Shown here: positions 22,347 through 33,003 of the stretch, one piece after another | How the letters are laid out: each line of letters opens with the position of its first letter | Position numbering within the stretch: position 1 is the first letter of the stretch | Assembly: GCF_000142905.1 (NCBI RefSeq) | Contig: NW_013657637.1 | Coordinates: 62,001-126,000, forward strand | Direction of reading: 5' to 3' | DNA length: 64,000 nt | Origin: Thecamonas trahens ATCC 50062 | Lineage: Eukaryota; Protista; Apusomonadida | The notes under the pieces: generated by a model | Databases searched by the model: none | Told to the model about the DNA's origin: nothing | What the model saw: the letters and a program-made list of their open reading frames with translations, nothing else | Translations under genes and position numbers: made by a program

Positions 22347-23117
22347 CTAGCTGCGCTTGAGGTGAAAGGACGGACGCTCAGGAGCGAGCCACGGCAGCGC
22401 CAGTGCATACCCGTGGACGGCAATGCCGAGCCAGCAGAAGACCGAGAGCGTCTCGGCCGAGCCGTCGAGCCACAACCAGGTTGCGCCAAAGAGAACGGCA
22501 AAGATGGCGAGGAGGATCCAGCCGACGCGACGCGGGCGGAAGAAGAGAGCCAGCGGTGCGCACCAGAGCAGCGCCCAAACAAACTGATTAGGCATGACGG
22601 CCATGGTGGCGATGCCAGCGGGCACGCCAAACTGCCACAGCAGATGCCCGTGCGGGCCGACGAACGAGCACGTGGCGACGCCGAACGAGTGCGAGGCGTC
22701 GATGACGTCGGCGTGGCTTAGCCGGACTAACGCCTGCGGCCAGATCGATGCCACTGCCGCCGCTGCCGCCACAATGCAGGCAAGAGTGAAGCAGGTTCTG
22801 TGGGCGAGGCGGGCGGCAGCGCCATTAGCCGCCTTTGCTCCGAACCAGTTGACAGCCATCGGCTGCGCAAACAGATCCAACGCCGCCAGATGGGTAAGCA
22901 AGCTGTTGGCAGTCGAGGAGCAGGTCGCCCGCCGCGGCGGCGGCCACGGCGTCGGATCAGTCAGCCAAAGCCCGGCCTCGATCAACTCCATCCCTGTCAG
23001 CAGCGTCAGCAGCGGGAGCACCGCCCAGTCGCGCCGCCCTCCACGCCACGCCAGCGCCACCATGCCCGCAATCTCCAGCGAGGCAAAGCCCAGCGAGACC
23101 TCAAACGACCAGCACAT
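22347..23117 (-). CDS. multi-pass membrane protein, DUF5765-like (MCWS...GHLxW...SxxCW family)
   Basis: Starts MCWSFEVSL; MELIEAGLW, GPHGHLLWQF and SVFCW motifs; about 7 hydrophobic segments. Confidence 0.6.
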   Translation of the reverse strand: MCWSFEVSLGFASLEIAGMVALAWRGGRRDWAVLPLLTLLTGMELIEAGLWLTDPTPWPPPRRATCSSTANSLLTHLAALDLFAQPMAVNWFGAKAANGAAARLAHRTCFTLACIVAAAAAVASIWPQALVRLSHADVIDASHSFGVATCSFVGPHGHLLWQFGVPAGIATMAVMPNQFVWALLWCAPLALFFRPRRVGWILLAIFAVLFGATWLWLDGSAETLSVFCWLGIAVHGYALALPWLAPERPSFHLKRS

Positions 23118-23682
23118 ACCACCGCTCCGCAAATACCCGAGTCCGCTCGACTTTATCCGTCCTTCCTGTCCGTAGCTCGATGTCGGAGTGCTCGCGCTCC
23201 GCAGTCGAGTCGTGCCGTCGTACCCGCCATTCTCTGCCAGCTGACATACGCCAGGCAGCTGCATGCACATCGGCGATGGCGGTGAGGAAAATGAGAAGAG
23301 GGGTAGACATCAGCTCTTTTTTAAGATGGCCTCGGCCAAGGCATACTGCAAGGCCTGCAGCAGAACCATCGCAACGGATCAGTCGCCGTAGCAGTAGTGT
23401 TTCACTGCTCCTCGAGCCGTAGCGTCACGGCCGGTTTTCCTCGCGCTTACTTCCGCTGGCTTCAGAGCAATCGCATCATGTACAATACAAGACGATGTCT
23501 CTCAAGCTTGACCGCAAGCGGCGGTGCAGGCGATTGCTGTCGTGAGTTTGGATTCGGATTCTTTCCCATGACGCTCGCCACGGTCAGACATCCAGTAGCG
23601 CCCAAAAGTACGTGATCTCACATTCTCGTTCGCTCGCTCTCCTCCACGATCACGGGTCGCTCTGGTCGCACATTCGCCTTCT

Positions 23683-25001
23683 TTACTCAGCAGGCTTAAG
23701 GATCTGAGGACCGGTAGGGTCGACGTCGGCCTTGCCAAAACATTGAGCAGGGCCTCGTTGATGAGGTCGTACCAGAGATGCTGCAGCGGCGAGGCCTCGT
23801 CTGGGATGGGAGGGAGCGGGCGCGGGACAGGAGGGCCGAACCAGTCGCGCTTGTTAAAGGCAAAGTTGCCGACTTCCTGTCCGTAGGTGTAGTGAATAGC
23901 GACCGAGCGATGGGAGATGTCAGCGTCCATGGGCGGCTCGGGAGCGAGCTGCTTGTCGGCGATCGAGTTCCAGCCGAGGGAGGCGGCCGCGCAGGCAAAG
24001 CCCCACATGTCTGCGATCCACGACTTTTCGTTGTTGGCCCACGGCTGCGGGAAGCGGTTCCAGCGAGTCGACTCGATCCACGCCGGCAGGATCTGCCACA
24101 GGTCGTCAGCGTGGATGATGTACGGCACGCCGATGGGCGCGACGGCGGCCGGGCGCGGCGAGCAGTTATTGATCACGTACGAGTTGTTGGACCACGGGTA
24201 ATCGGCCTCCATGTAAAAGTAGTGGTGGCCAACCGGAGCGTGGCGGGCGGCAATGGCGGTGATCGGCTTAATGAGGAGAAAGTCCGGCTCGACGATGACC
24301 ACGTTGGTGAGGACGGCCGGATCGAGGCTGGCGATCGAGCCGGCGCGGAAGGCGCTAAGGAACTCCCGCAGGCCCTCGGCGCGGTTGTAGACCACAAAGT
24401 GGTCGCCGTTGGGCGCGGTGGCGTAGTCGTCAGTGATAAAGATGGGGCAGGTCATGAACGGCTCGTCGCACGAGAACGAAGGCTCAGCCCGGCCGGGCGA
24501 GGAGACGATGGTGACGAGCTTGCCCGGCTGCTTGACCTTGAGGTAGTGGTAGTGGAAGAGGCGCATCTGCCACACCTGGTAGGCATTGTCCGACAACATC
24601 AAAATCATCAGTGTCTCCGATCCGTCCACCTCGTTGGCCGGCAGGACCACGGCGCCGCGGACGCCGGCGTGCGACGGCAGCGCCGCCGCAGGGTTTTTGA
24701 GTCCCTCGCCGCCTGCCTGCGTCTCCAGCGGCTGAGGCGCCTCACCCAGGTGATGCTCCAGCGGCATGAGGTAGATGACAATGACCATGAAGAGGGCAAG
24801 GCCCACCAGGACGCCCCGTGACCGCACGTGGCCCGACGAGGTCAGCCAGGCAGGGAGCCAGCCGGACTCGCTCCGGCCGGCCCCAAACCGTCCGCCGGAG
24901 CCGTAGCCGCCACTGGCGCCGGCAAGCCGGATGGGCCCACGGCGCTTCTTCTCGGCCTCAGAGTCATCCGACCAGTTGCACCGTTCGTCCCACTCGGCCA
25001 T
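23683..25001 (-). CDS. type II membrane glycosyltransferase, hydroxyproline O-arabinosyltransferase (GT95)/peptidyl-serine galactosyltransferase (GT96)-like; probable -1 frame break at 23737-23740 (ORF as assembled runs to 23502)
   Basis: YQVWQ..QPG, YNRA, EPDFLLIKP, PIGVPYIIH, WIADMWGFACAAA, IHYTYG, FNKRDW motifs; single N-terminal TM. Confidence 0.8.
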
Positions 25002-25885
25002 GGTTCCCACCGCACACACGCGACGAGACGGGTGTGCCTGGTGGAGGCTGGGGGGACTGGCAGGGGCAGGGAGGTGCGGGGATCAGGAGGTGGGGTTGGC
25101 CACGATCGAAGAGCGGGGGGGGGCGGGGGACAAGCAAGGGGGGACGATCATGGGGGAGGTGGTGGTGGGGACGATCATGGCGACGATCATGAGGACAACT
25201 CAAGGGGACGATAATGGGAGGGGGAGGATGAAGGGGGATATCAAAGGGGAGGTGGGGGACAGCAAGGGGGACGATCACGGGGGAGGGATCAAGGGGGGGG
25301 GGGACCAAGGGGATGGGATCGAGGGGGGAGGACCAATCAATACAGACGACCAAGTCGAGTGGTCGATCATGGCGTTGATCGCCGCCTACACGGCCAGTTG
25401 CTGCAGCCGGCAGCTGACATCGTTACACAGAGCGAGCAGCAGCCTTGGCACGATCGGCTCGAGCTCGAGCCATCGCGTATGGCCTGCCAGCGGTGTGTGT
25501 GCCTCACCGACACGGAGGAGCTTAAGAGGGCTTTCATTCCATTAGTGGGGGCAGGGCCAGGACCTGGCGGCGATGGCCATCGGGATCGGGGCGGAGGTGG
25601 TGGACAAGAGGGGAGGGGGAGACAACCGCCTGGTTGGACCAAGCCATGGTGGGATGGAGGTGGGGATGGATACTGGGCAGATGCTGGCCTCTGTGGGAGG
25701 AGCAGGTGGACAACATATGCCTGGGCCGTCGGGCATGGATACTGCACCTTGTGCATGGCTGCTCCGCTGCGGTTGCTGCTCTCCATCGGTGGCGCCAGAG
25801 ACCCGCCGGCGAGGAGGACGGACACGGATACGGATCCCACCAGCTGCGGCCAGCGGAGAGTAGCAGCCGCCCACACTCGTCCATC

Positions 25886-27861
25886 ATGGTCACCTGCGCC
25901 AACTGTGGGACGTCAGACACGCCGCTGTGGCGCAAAGGACCCACCGACAAAAAGCTGTGGTATGTGTCCTCCCCATCCCCCATCCCCATTCCCTCCCCGC
26001 ACCCGCACCCCCCCCCCCCATCCCCATCCCCCCCTCCCCCCCCCCCAAATCGCCCCCCCTCGCCAACTCCCTCTCCCTCGCTCTGTCTGCTTTTGCCGGT
26101 GGCTCAGTTTTTGGCTACAAACTCTCCGCACCCGCCACACCCGGNNNNNNNNNNNNNNNNNNNNNNNNNNNNNNNNNNNNNNNNNNNNNNNNNNNNNNNN
26201 NNNNNNNNNNNNNNNNNNNNNNNNNNNNNNNNNNNNNNNNNNNNNNNNNNNNNNNNNNNNNNNNNNNNNNNNNNNNNNNNNNNNNNNNNNNNNNNNNNNN
26301 NNNNNNNNNNNNNNNNNNNNNNNNNNNNNNNNNNNNNNNNNNNNNNNNNNNNNNNNNNNNCCCCTCTCCTTCTCCTCCTCCTCCCAGCAACGCATGTGGT
26401 CTGCATTGGAAGTCGCATGGGAGGCACCGCGATCCGAATGCCAAGACTCCGCGGCGGTCGTCGGGCAAGCCGCGCCAGCCCAAGAAGAAGAAGAAGAAGG
26501 GCTCGGCAAGGGCAAAGGCTAAGCGCGAGGCCCGGGCGCTAGGCGTGGGGGGCGATGGACTGATGTCGACTCGGCTGCGGACGCGCAAGGCCACATCGGC
26601 TGCCGTCTCGGCCGCCGCACAGGGCACCATCCGCTTTGTCAATCCGCCCGGCGACGCTCTCTCCAACATGCTCGCCGAGTGCAAGCGGGCGACGAGTCGC
26701 GGCGGAGCGTACTCGCTGCTGGAGCTGCGGCTGCCGGCCGAGGCGCAGGACGCGCTGCGCCGCAGGATGGCTGCTGAGAGCGAGGACGAGGGCAAGCACC
26801 CGGCCGCCGTCGCCCACGCCCTCGGCCTCTCCATCGGCACCACCTCGGCGTCGACCGTCACCCCGCCGTTGCTGGTCGACTCGTCGTCATGCCTCAACTT
26901 TCGCTCGCGCAAACCGCATCGTCCGCGGCGTGCGCCGTCGGTTGCGCCCGAGGTGAGCCAGGCCTTGGCCAATCCGCCGGCGGTCGTCGTCTCGAACGAC
27001 GGCCTCGCCCTGGCACCGGGCGACGTCATCGCCTTTCACGCCTCGCTCCGCGGTGAGAGCAACGACATCCCGACGACGCCGGCCGCGCCGGCCGAGTACT
27101 TTGCCGTCATCCGCCGCGTTGACGCTGAGCTCGCCCCAGACACGCCACTTGTCTACGTCTCGTGGCTGCTCCCGGCGTCGCCGGCGCTCAACCTCGGCGC
27201 CGTCGCCGTCCTGCAGCCGTCCCACTTTAAGGTCGGTCCGCTCGAGCCGCAGCCGCAGCCTGTCGAGGCCATCCGGCGCAAGCTCGGCTTTAAGCTCGCC
27301 GTCTCGGCTGGCACCGACCTGTACTGGCAGTCGGTGCTCGACTCGGGCGCGCTGCCGCTGCCGCCGCTGGCGGCGCAAGACGCGGCCCACAGCGTGCTTG
27401 TCGACCGCGCTTCGGCGTACTTTGCCGCCAAGGCCCGCGAGGCAAATCGCCCGTCCGAGCTCTGGCCCTGGTTCCAGGACCACCCCAAGAACGTCAAGAA
27501 GCGCAAGCGTCGCGCCTTCTACGCCTCGCTCATCAAGCGCTCCAAGTTCCTCGACTCGCACCCGCCGGTCGTCATCTCGGGCGAGCAGGACGCCGAGCTC
27601 GCCGCCAACATCACCTACACCGAGTACACCAAGCCCACGCCCGACGTCTCGTTCAAGGCCGCCCGTAAGGTGGTCGCCGATACCGATCGCGCCGCCGTCC
27701 GGCAGTTTTACCACTACGACGCCCACGCCCGTCCACTGCAGGAGGGCGTCCAGCTCGAGGTCCACGACGCCGCCGCCGCGCTCGCGCTCCGCCGCATGGT
27801 GGCTCCACCGCCGCCGCCTGCTCCGGCCACTCCGGCTGCCGCGCCGCCGCCTGCTCAGTAG
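25886..27861 (+). CDS. GATA zinc-finger protein with GATAD1-like BAH-type domain; exons 25886-25959 and 26388-27861 (intron spans a gap)
   Basis: Spliced [25 protein letters not shown] (CX2CX17CX2C); GDVIAF..YFAVIR..SWLLP..FKVGPLE resembles the GATAD1 C-terminal domain. Confidence 0.78.
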
Positions 27862-27871
27862 CGATCTGGGT

Positions 27872-30800
27872 TTACGCAAGGCTGGTGAAGAGCTTGTTGA
27901 GCGCGTCGGCTTCGGGCAGGCCGAGCTCGCTGAGCGAAGCCGGCGGAGCGGCGGCGGCGGACGCCCATGCCGCCTCGGCCTTGGCAAAGCGGGCGATGGC
28001 GTCGGGCTCAGCGCCATCGGCTCCAAGCATCTCGTCGTCGTCGGAGTCAGACGACGAGCTCGACGAGCTTGACGACGAGCTGGCGGTGGCCATGGCGGCG
28101 ACGCCATCGTCGCCCGACGTTGCACCGGCCTCGTCGTCATCGGCCTCGTCGTCCGACTCGTCCGAGCTCGTCGAGCTCGACGACGGGTAGTCGTCCGACT
28201 CGTACGCGGTCGAGCCGTCCTGAACCGCGAGCGGGCCGGCAGCGTCGCGGAGCGAGCGCGGGAGGACGGCAGACATAAAGGCGTCAAAAACGTTGGAGAC
28301 GGCCGGCATGACGTGGACAGGCGCGAGGAACAGCGAGTCGAGCGCCGGGTTGTGGGCCTCGAACAGCGCCGAGGCCTCGACGTCAGCCGACACTGCATCA
28401 TCGTTGTCTGCGGCGGTGAAGAGCGCCGAGAGCCGCGACGCAGCCTTGGAGTTGTGCTTGCCCTCGGAGAACGCCGCAGTGGCGTCCGAGGCCGAGTGGA
28501 TGTGGCGGGTGGTAAAGCCGACGAGCTTGGCGGCGACCTCGTCGACGAGCACAAACTCGGACTCGGCGTTGAGGAGAATGAGCCGGAGCGCAGGGTCGGC
28601 GCCCGACGGCGGGAGGTAGGCCAGGCCGAGCGCGTCCTCGCCGTCGATGGGCACAATGGCGCGCGGAACGGCCGAGTCGGCCCCAAAGACGAGCACACTC
28701 GGCGAGGCCCCGCTGCCGGCCACCAGCGCAAACCGCGCGTCGGCCGCGCCGTTGCCCGTCGGCGCTACGCACAGGTGCGAGCCCTTGATCGCGAGCGACC
28801 AGACAACAGACCGCGTCAGCAACGACCAGACAAAGACCCGGACGCCGGTGAGCGCCACAAGGTACGGGGTGTGCGGGAGAAAGGCGAGGGCGGTGAGCGG
28901 CTCGGTCGGGAACGAAAGCGTCGCCATGAGCGTGTTCGAGAGTGGGTCCCAGAGGGTGATGGCCGGCCCGTGCGCCACGGCGAGGACCGAGCCGTCCGAG
29001 GCAAAGGCGAGCGCCGAGGCCGATGCGTCGCGGAACTTGGACATCGACCGCATGCGCCAGCGGAGGGCCGCCAACTTGGAGCCCATCGTCGTCGCCGTCT
29101 CCTCCTCAAACGCTTCCCACAGCTTGACCGAGCCGTCGGCCGACGCCGTGGCCACAAGCGGGAGGAACGGGTGCACCGCGAGCGCCGAGACCGTTGCCTT
29201 GTGCGGCGCATTGATTTGCGTCACAAGCTCAAAGTCGAGGCCCGAGAGCGCGCGGTAGAACTTGAGCGTCGACTGGTTCGAGACCTTGGGGTGCGTCACC
29301 TCGGATGTCACCATCCACTGGCACGTGAGCGGGACAAGGTCGGGGGCGAGCGTGCGGGCCGTCGCCGGCGCCTCGGCGGGGTCTGGCGTAAACGCGACGT
29401 GCGAGATGAACGGCACGTACTGGTGCTTGGCCGCCTTCTTGGCCGCCTTCTTGGCTGCCTTGCCCTTGCCCTTGCCTCCGAGTAGCGCGTGCGCCGACGA
29501 CACGTACGAGTACGACTCAATGATCTCCATCTCGGCCACCGAGACGTCGAGGACCGGGTCAAAGAACTGCAGCGTCGACGGCGAGCCGTTGACCACCACC
29601 AGCGAGGTCACCGGCTCGAGCGCCAGGCCAACGCCCGGCTGCATGACCTCAGCCGAGGCCTTGAGGCCCGAGACCTGGTACGCCAGCCGGCGCGAGCGGG
29701 CGTCGATGACCCGGATAGCGTTGTCGTCGCAGAGGAGGGCCACATGGGTGGCCTTGGGCGAGACAGCAACGGCCGCCAGAGGCGCGCCGAGCCGGGAGAT
29801 GAACTCGCGCTTGCCTGATCCGACATGCCAGGTCACGAGCACAGCCTCCATGCCACCCGAGAGAAGATAGCCCGACGGCGCGTAGCCGAGGCAGAGCACG
29901 TTGTTCGAGTGCCAGTGGTGGCGGGTCATGTGTGGCATGGGGTCGTCGCCGCGGTACTGGACAACGTCGACAAGGATGGACTCAAGGTAGCCGGGTGCAA
30001 ACATGTACCACACGTACACAATGCCTGTGGCGTCGCCGGTCGCCACGTGATCCTCCTTGGGCGAGATGTCCACAGAGGTGAACAGAGCCCGCGCCCGGCA
30101 GAGCTTGTGCAGCTTGCCGGTCGGCATCGTGTAAATGTACAGGATCGACGAGCCGACCGCTGCAATCCACATGCCCGATGCAGAAATGGCAATGTCGGCA
30201 GCCGCAGCCATCTCAAACAGCACGTTCCCGGTCTCGGCGTCGGCGTCGGCGACAGCACGGGTGGCAGCGGCGGTGGTGCTGTCGTCGTCGGCGGCAGCGT
30301 TGACCGAGCCTGTAAACGAACAGATCCGGATCTGCGTGGCCGGCGGCGGGTCGTCGGGCATGCCGCCACGACGCGAGCCCTTGGCCTTGGTCTTGCCGCG
30401 CGGGCAGATGCCGCGGGCGATGTTGTGGGCGTGGAGGGCGGCGAGGCGCGGGGCCTCGTTGAAAGAGACGGCGGCGAGGAACGAGCCGTGCGGGAGGGCC
30501 GACGATGTGGCGATGTGGGTCACCGGGGCACCTGCGTAGAAGACGTCCAGCACAACACCGTCGACGTAGTCCCACAGAGTCACCGACCCGTCGTACGCGG
30601 CAGCCAACAGCTGGTACGGGTTGCCCGGGTTGAGGGCCAGGGCCGAGAGCGACGCGCCCTCCTCGCCATCGGCCGCCGGGCGATGCAGCACACGCACCAG
30701 CGACCCGTTGAGCGAGTACACCTTGACCATGGACGAGGCGCATGTGAACAGCAGTCTGCAGGCGGGTGGCGCGGTGGGTGGGTGGCGCGGTGGGTGGGTG

Positions 30801-31066
30801 GCGCGGTGGGTGGGTGGGGCGGTGAGTGGCACGGCGGATGGATGGGGAGATGGGACGACAACTGGGTCGCACACACGATAAGTGGGGGGAGGGGAGGACG
30901 ATTGGCCCGGCGGATGGATGAGAAATTTGCGACATGCGGGGGGGGGAGGGGGGAGTGGGGGAGGGACAGGGGCAGGGAGGGGGGGAGGCTGTGGTGGTAC
31001 GTACTTGCCGTCCTGGGAGAAGAGGACCGAGCGCTGGAGGCGGCCTCCGGAGCGGTGGCTGGCCAT
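27872..31066 (-). CDS. WDR75: WD repeat protein 75 / Utp17 (Nan1), SSU processome; intron 30756-31004
   Basis: VLFSQDGK, HHWHSNNV, LLSGGMEAVLVTWH, FISRLGAP, LVTQINAPH, FASDGSVLAVA motifs; acidic tail. Confidence 0.9.
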   Translation of the reverse strand: MASHRSGGRLQRSVLFSQDGKYVPPQPPPLPAPVPPPLPPPPPACRKFLIHPPGQSSSPPPTYRVCDPVVVPSPHPSAVPLTAPPTHRATHPPRHPPTAPPACRLLFTCASSMVKVYSLNGSLVRVLHRPAADGEEGASLSALALNPGNPYQLLAAAYDGSVTLWDYVDGVVLDVFYAGAPVTHIATSSALPHGSFLAAVSFNEAPRLAALHAHNIARGICPRGKTKAKGSRRGGMPDDPPPATQIRICSFTGSVNAAADDDSTTAAATRAVADADAETGNVLFEMAAAADIAISASGMWIAAVGSSILYIYTMPTGKLHKLCRARALFTSVDISPKEDHVATGDATGIVYVWYMFAPGYLESILVDVVQYRGDDPMPHMTRHHWHSNNVLCLGYAPSGYLLSGGMEAVLVTWHVGSGKREFISRLGAPLAAVAVSPKATHVALLCDDNAIRVIDARSRRLAYQVSGLKASAEVMQPGVGLALEPVTSLVVVNGSPSTLQFFDPVLDVSVAEMEIIESYSYVSSAHALLGGKGKGKAAKKAAKKAAKHQYVPFISHVAFTPDPAEAPATARTLAPDLVPLTCQWMVTSEVTHPKVSNQSTLKFYRALSGLDFELVTQINAPHKATVSALAVHPFLPLVATASADGSVKLWEAFEEETATTMGSKLAALRWRMRSMSKFRDASASALAFASDGSVLAVAHGPAITLWDPLSNTLMATLSFPTEPLTALAFLPHTPYLVALTGVRVFVWSLLTRSVVWSLAIKGSHLCVAPTGNGAADARFALVAGSGASPSVLVFGADSAVPRAIVPIDGEDALGLAYLPPSGADPALRLILLNAESEFVLVDEVAAKLVGFTTRHIHSASDATAAFSEGKHNSKAASRLSALFTAADNDDAVSADVEASALFEAHNPALDSLFLAPVHVMPAVSNVFDAFMSAVLPRSLRDAAGPLAVQDGSTAYESDDYPSSSSTSSDESDDEADDDEAGATSGDDGVAAMATASSSSSSSSSSSDSDDDEMLGADGAEPDAIARFAKAEAAWASAAAAPPASLSELGLPEADALNKLFTSLA

Positions 31067-31310
31067 GGTCGCGTCGAGTGTGGGTGGCTGGTTGGTAGGG
31101 GGGTGGTGGGGTGGAGTGAGGGGTCGGGTTGGAGGTAGAGTGATCGGTGGCGGCGGGCGGCGGGCGGCGGGCGGCGGGCGGCGGCGGACCACCGGCATGG
31201 GATTGGGATGTTAGGGTGAGCTGGGTTGGGGCTGGGGTTGCGGTTGAAGTAGGATGCACTGCGGTTTTACGGAGAAGGGATTGGTGTGGGCAAGTGGCGG
31301 GGATCGGGGA

Positions 31311-32477
31311 CTAGACGCGCTGCACCTCGCAGGCGCGGATGAGACGGAGCGCCTCGTCGCGATGGAGGTCAGAGATGCGAAAGCGGAGACCTGACGACGG
31401 TGGGACGATGTTGGGATTCCACCACGACCAAGGCGAGGGCCCCAGCACTTCGCGCAGGTTCCCGACCACGCCGTGGTCGTAGCGGTGGAAGCGCGGCGGG
31501 GTGAGATGCGGGAAGCGGCGGCGGAGTCGGCGGAGGCGACCCGGGCGCTCACCCATGCGGGCCTTGGCCTCGATGGTGGTGGCGTTGGAGGCGGCAAGAT
31601 GAAGGTGCGAGCCGGTGAGGAGGGCGGCAAAACAGACGGTGAAGATGCTGAGGGCAGTGTGGCCCATGACGGCGGCCATTTCCAGTGGATACGCCTCGTT
31701 GTAGGCTCCCAGCGAGCCGATACACGAGCCGAGAAAGGTCCAGAGCGAGATGCAGTTGTAGGCCGAGGTGATGAAGAAGTAAAGACAGGTGAGGAGGAAG
31801 GCCTTGTAGTTGCCGTGCCCGACGCAGGTGCCCAGCCACGGGCAGTGGTGGTCCATCCGCAGCACACACGCCCGACACCGCTTGCAATGGTGGGCCCGCG
31901 GCGGCTTGTACTTGCCGCACGGCCCGCAGAACTCGGTGTCCGGGCCGACCTCATCGTATGATCCGTCCCAGTCGTGAAAGTACTCGATCGCCTCCTCCGC
32001 CGCCGCCGTCCCGGCCACCGGCTTGTCGTGCCTGAGCGAGCCGCGGCTCTTCTCTGCCGCCACCGCCAGCGCCGGAGGCACCGGCCCAGGCGGCAGCGTC
32101 GCCGCCCGCACATACGCGTTGAGCGCGAGCCCGTACAGCACGCTAATGATCACCACGTGCGACCCATAGCCCGACGGCGCTTCCTCGGGAGGCGCCGATG
32201 CGCGCCGGACCACAGGCCGGGCTGCGTCCTCGTTGTCGGCCACGCCAGCGCCGGCATGTACAGCATCTGGCGCTGCACGCACGGTCTCAGCAAGTGCGCC
32301 ATTCACCGCACCGCCAGCACCAGCTGACGGCGGCGTGCGCAAGCCGCTTGCGGTGTCCGGAACAAGGACCGAGGCGCCCGTGGCGCACCCGCCGTAGAGC
32401 CGCGGCGAGACAAACAGCTCCGAGACGCAGAAGGAGAAGACCACCAGGCCGACCATTGTCACCACCACGGGATGCAT
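31311..32477 (-). CDS. DHHC palmitoyl acyltransferase
   Basis: CGPCGKYKPPRAHHCKRCRACVLRMDHHCPWLGTCVGHGNYKAF; NATTIE; YDHGVVGNLREVLG. Confidence 0.95.
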   Translation of the reverse strand: MHPVVVTMVGLVVFSFCVSELFVSPRLYGGCATGASVLVPDTASGLRTPPSAGAGGAVNGALAETVRAAPDAVHAGAGVADNEDAARPVVRRASAPPEEAPSGYGSHVVIISVLYGLALNAYVRAATLPPGPVPPALAVAAEKSRGSLRHDKPVAGTAAAEEAIEYFHDWDGSYDEVGPDTEFCGPCGKYKPPRAHHCKRCRACVLRMDHHCPWLGTCVGHGNYKAFLLTCLYFFITSAYNCISLWTFLGSCIGSLGAYNEAYPLEMAAVMGHTALSIFTVCFAALLTGSHLHLAASNATTIEAKARMGERPGRLRRLRRRFPHLTPPRFHRYDHGVVGNLREVLGPSPWSWWNPNIVPPSSGLRFRISDLHRDEALRLIRACEVQRV

Positions 32478-33003
32478 CGTGGACGGGGTGGGTGGGGTGG
32501 GGGTGGGGTGGGGGTGGGGGCAGGGGGGGGGGGGGGGGGGAGGGGGAGGGGGGAGGGGGAGGGAGGGNNNNNNNNNNNNNNNNNNNNNNNNNNNNNNNNN
32601 NNNNNNNNNNNNNNNNNNNNNNNNNNNNNNNNNNNNNNNNNNNNNNNNNNNNNNNNNNNNNNNNNNNNNNNNNNNNNNNNNNNNNNNNNNNNNNNNNNNN
32701 NNNNNNNNNNNNNNNNNNNNNNNNNNNNNNNNNNNNNNNNNNNNNNNNNNNNNNNNNNNNNNNNNNNNNNNNNNNNNNNNNNNNNNNNNNNNNNNNNNNN
32801 NNNNNNNNNNNNNNNNNNNNNNNNNNNNNNNNNNNNNNNNNNNNNNNNNNNNNNNNNNNNNNNNNNNNNNNNNNNNNNNNNNNNNNNNNNNNNNNNNNNN
32901 NNNNNNNNNNNNNNNNNNNNATCCTGCCCCCTCCTCCACCACTGCAACCACGCCTCTTTCCTCCTCCCCTCCTCCCCTCCTCCCCTACTTCGCCCCCTAC
33001 CGC

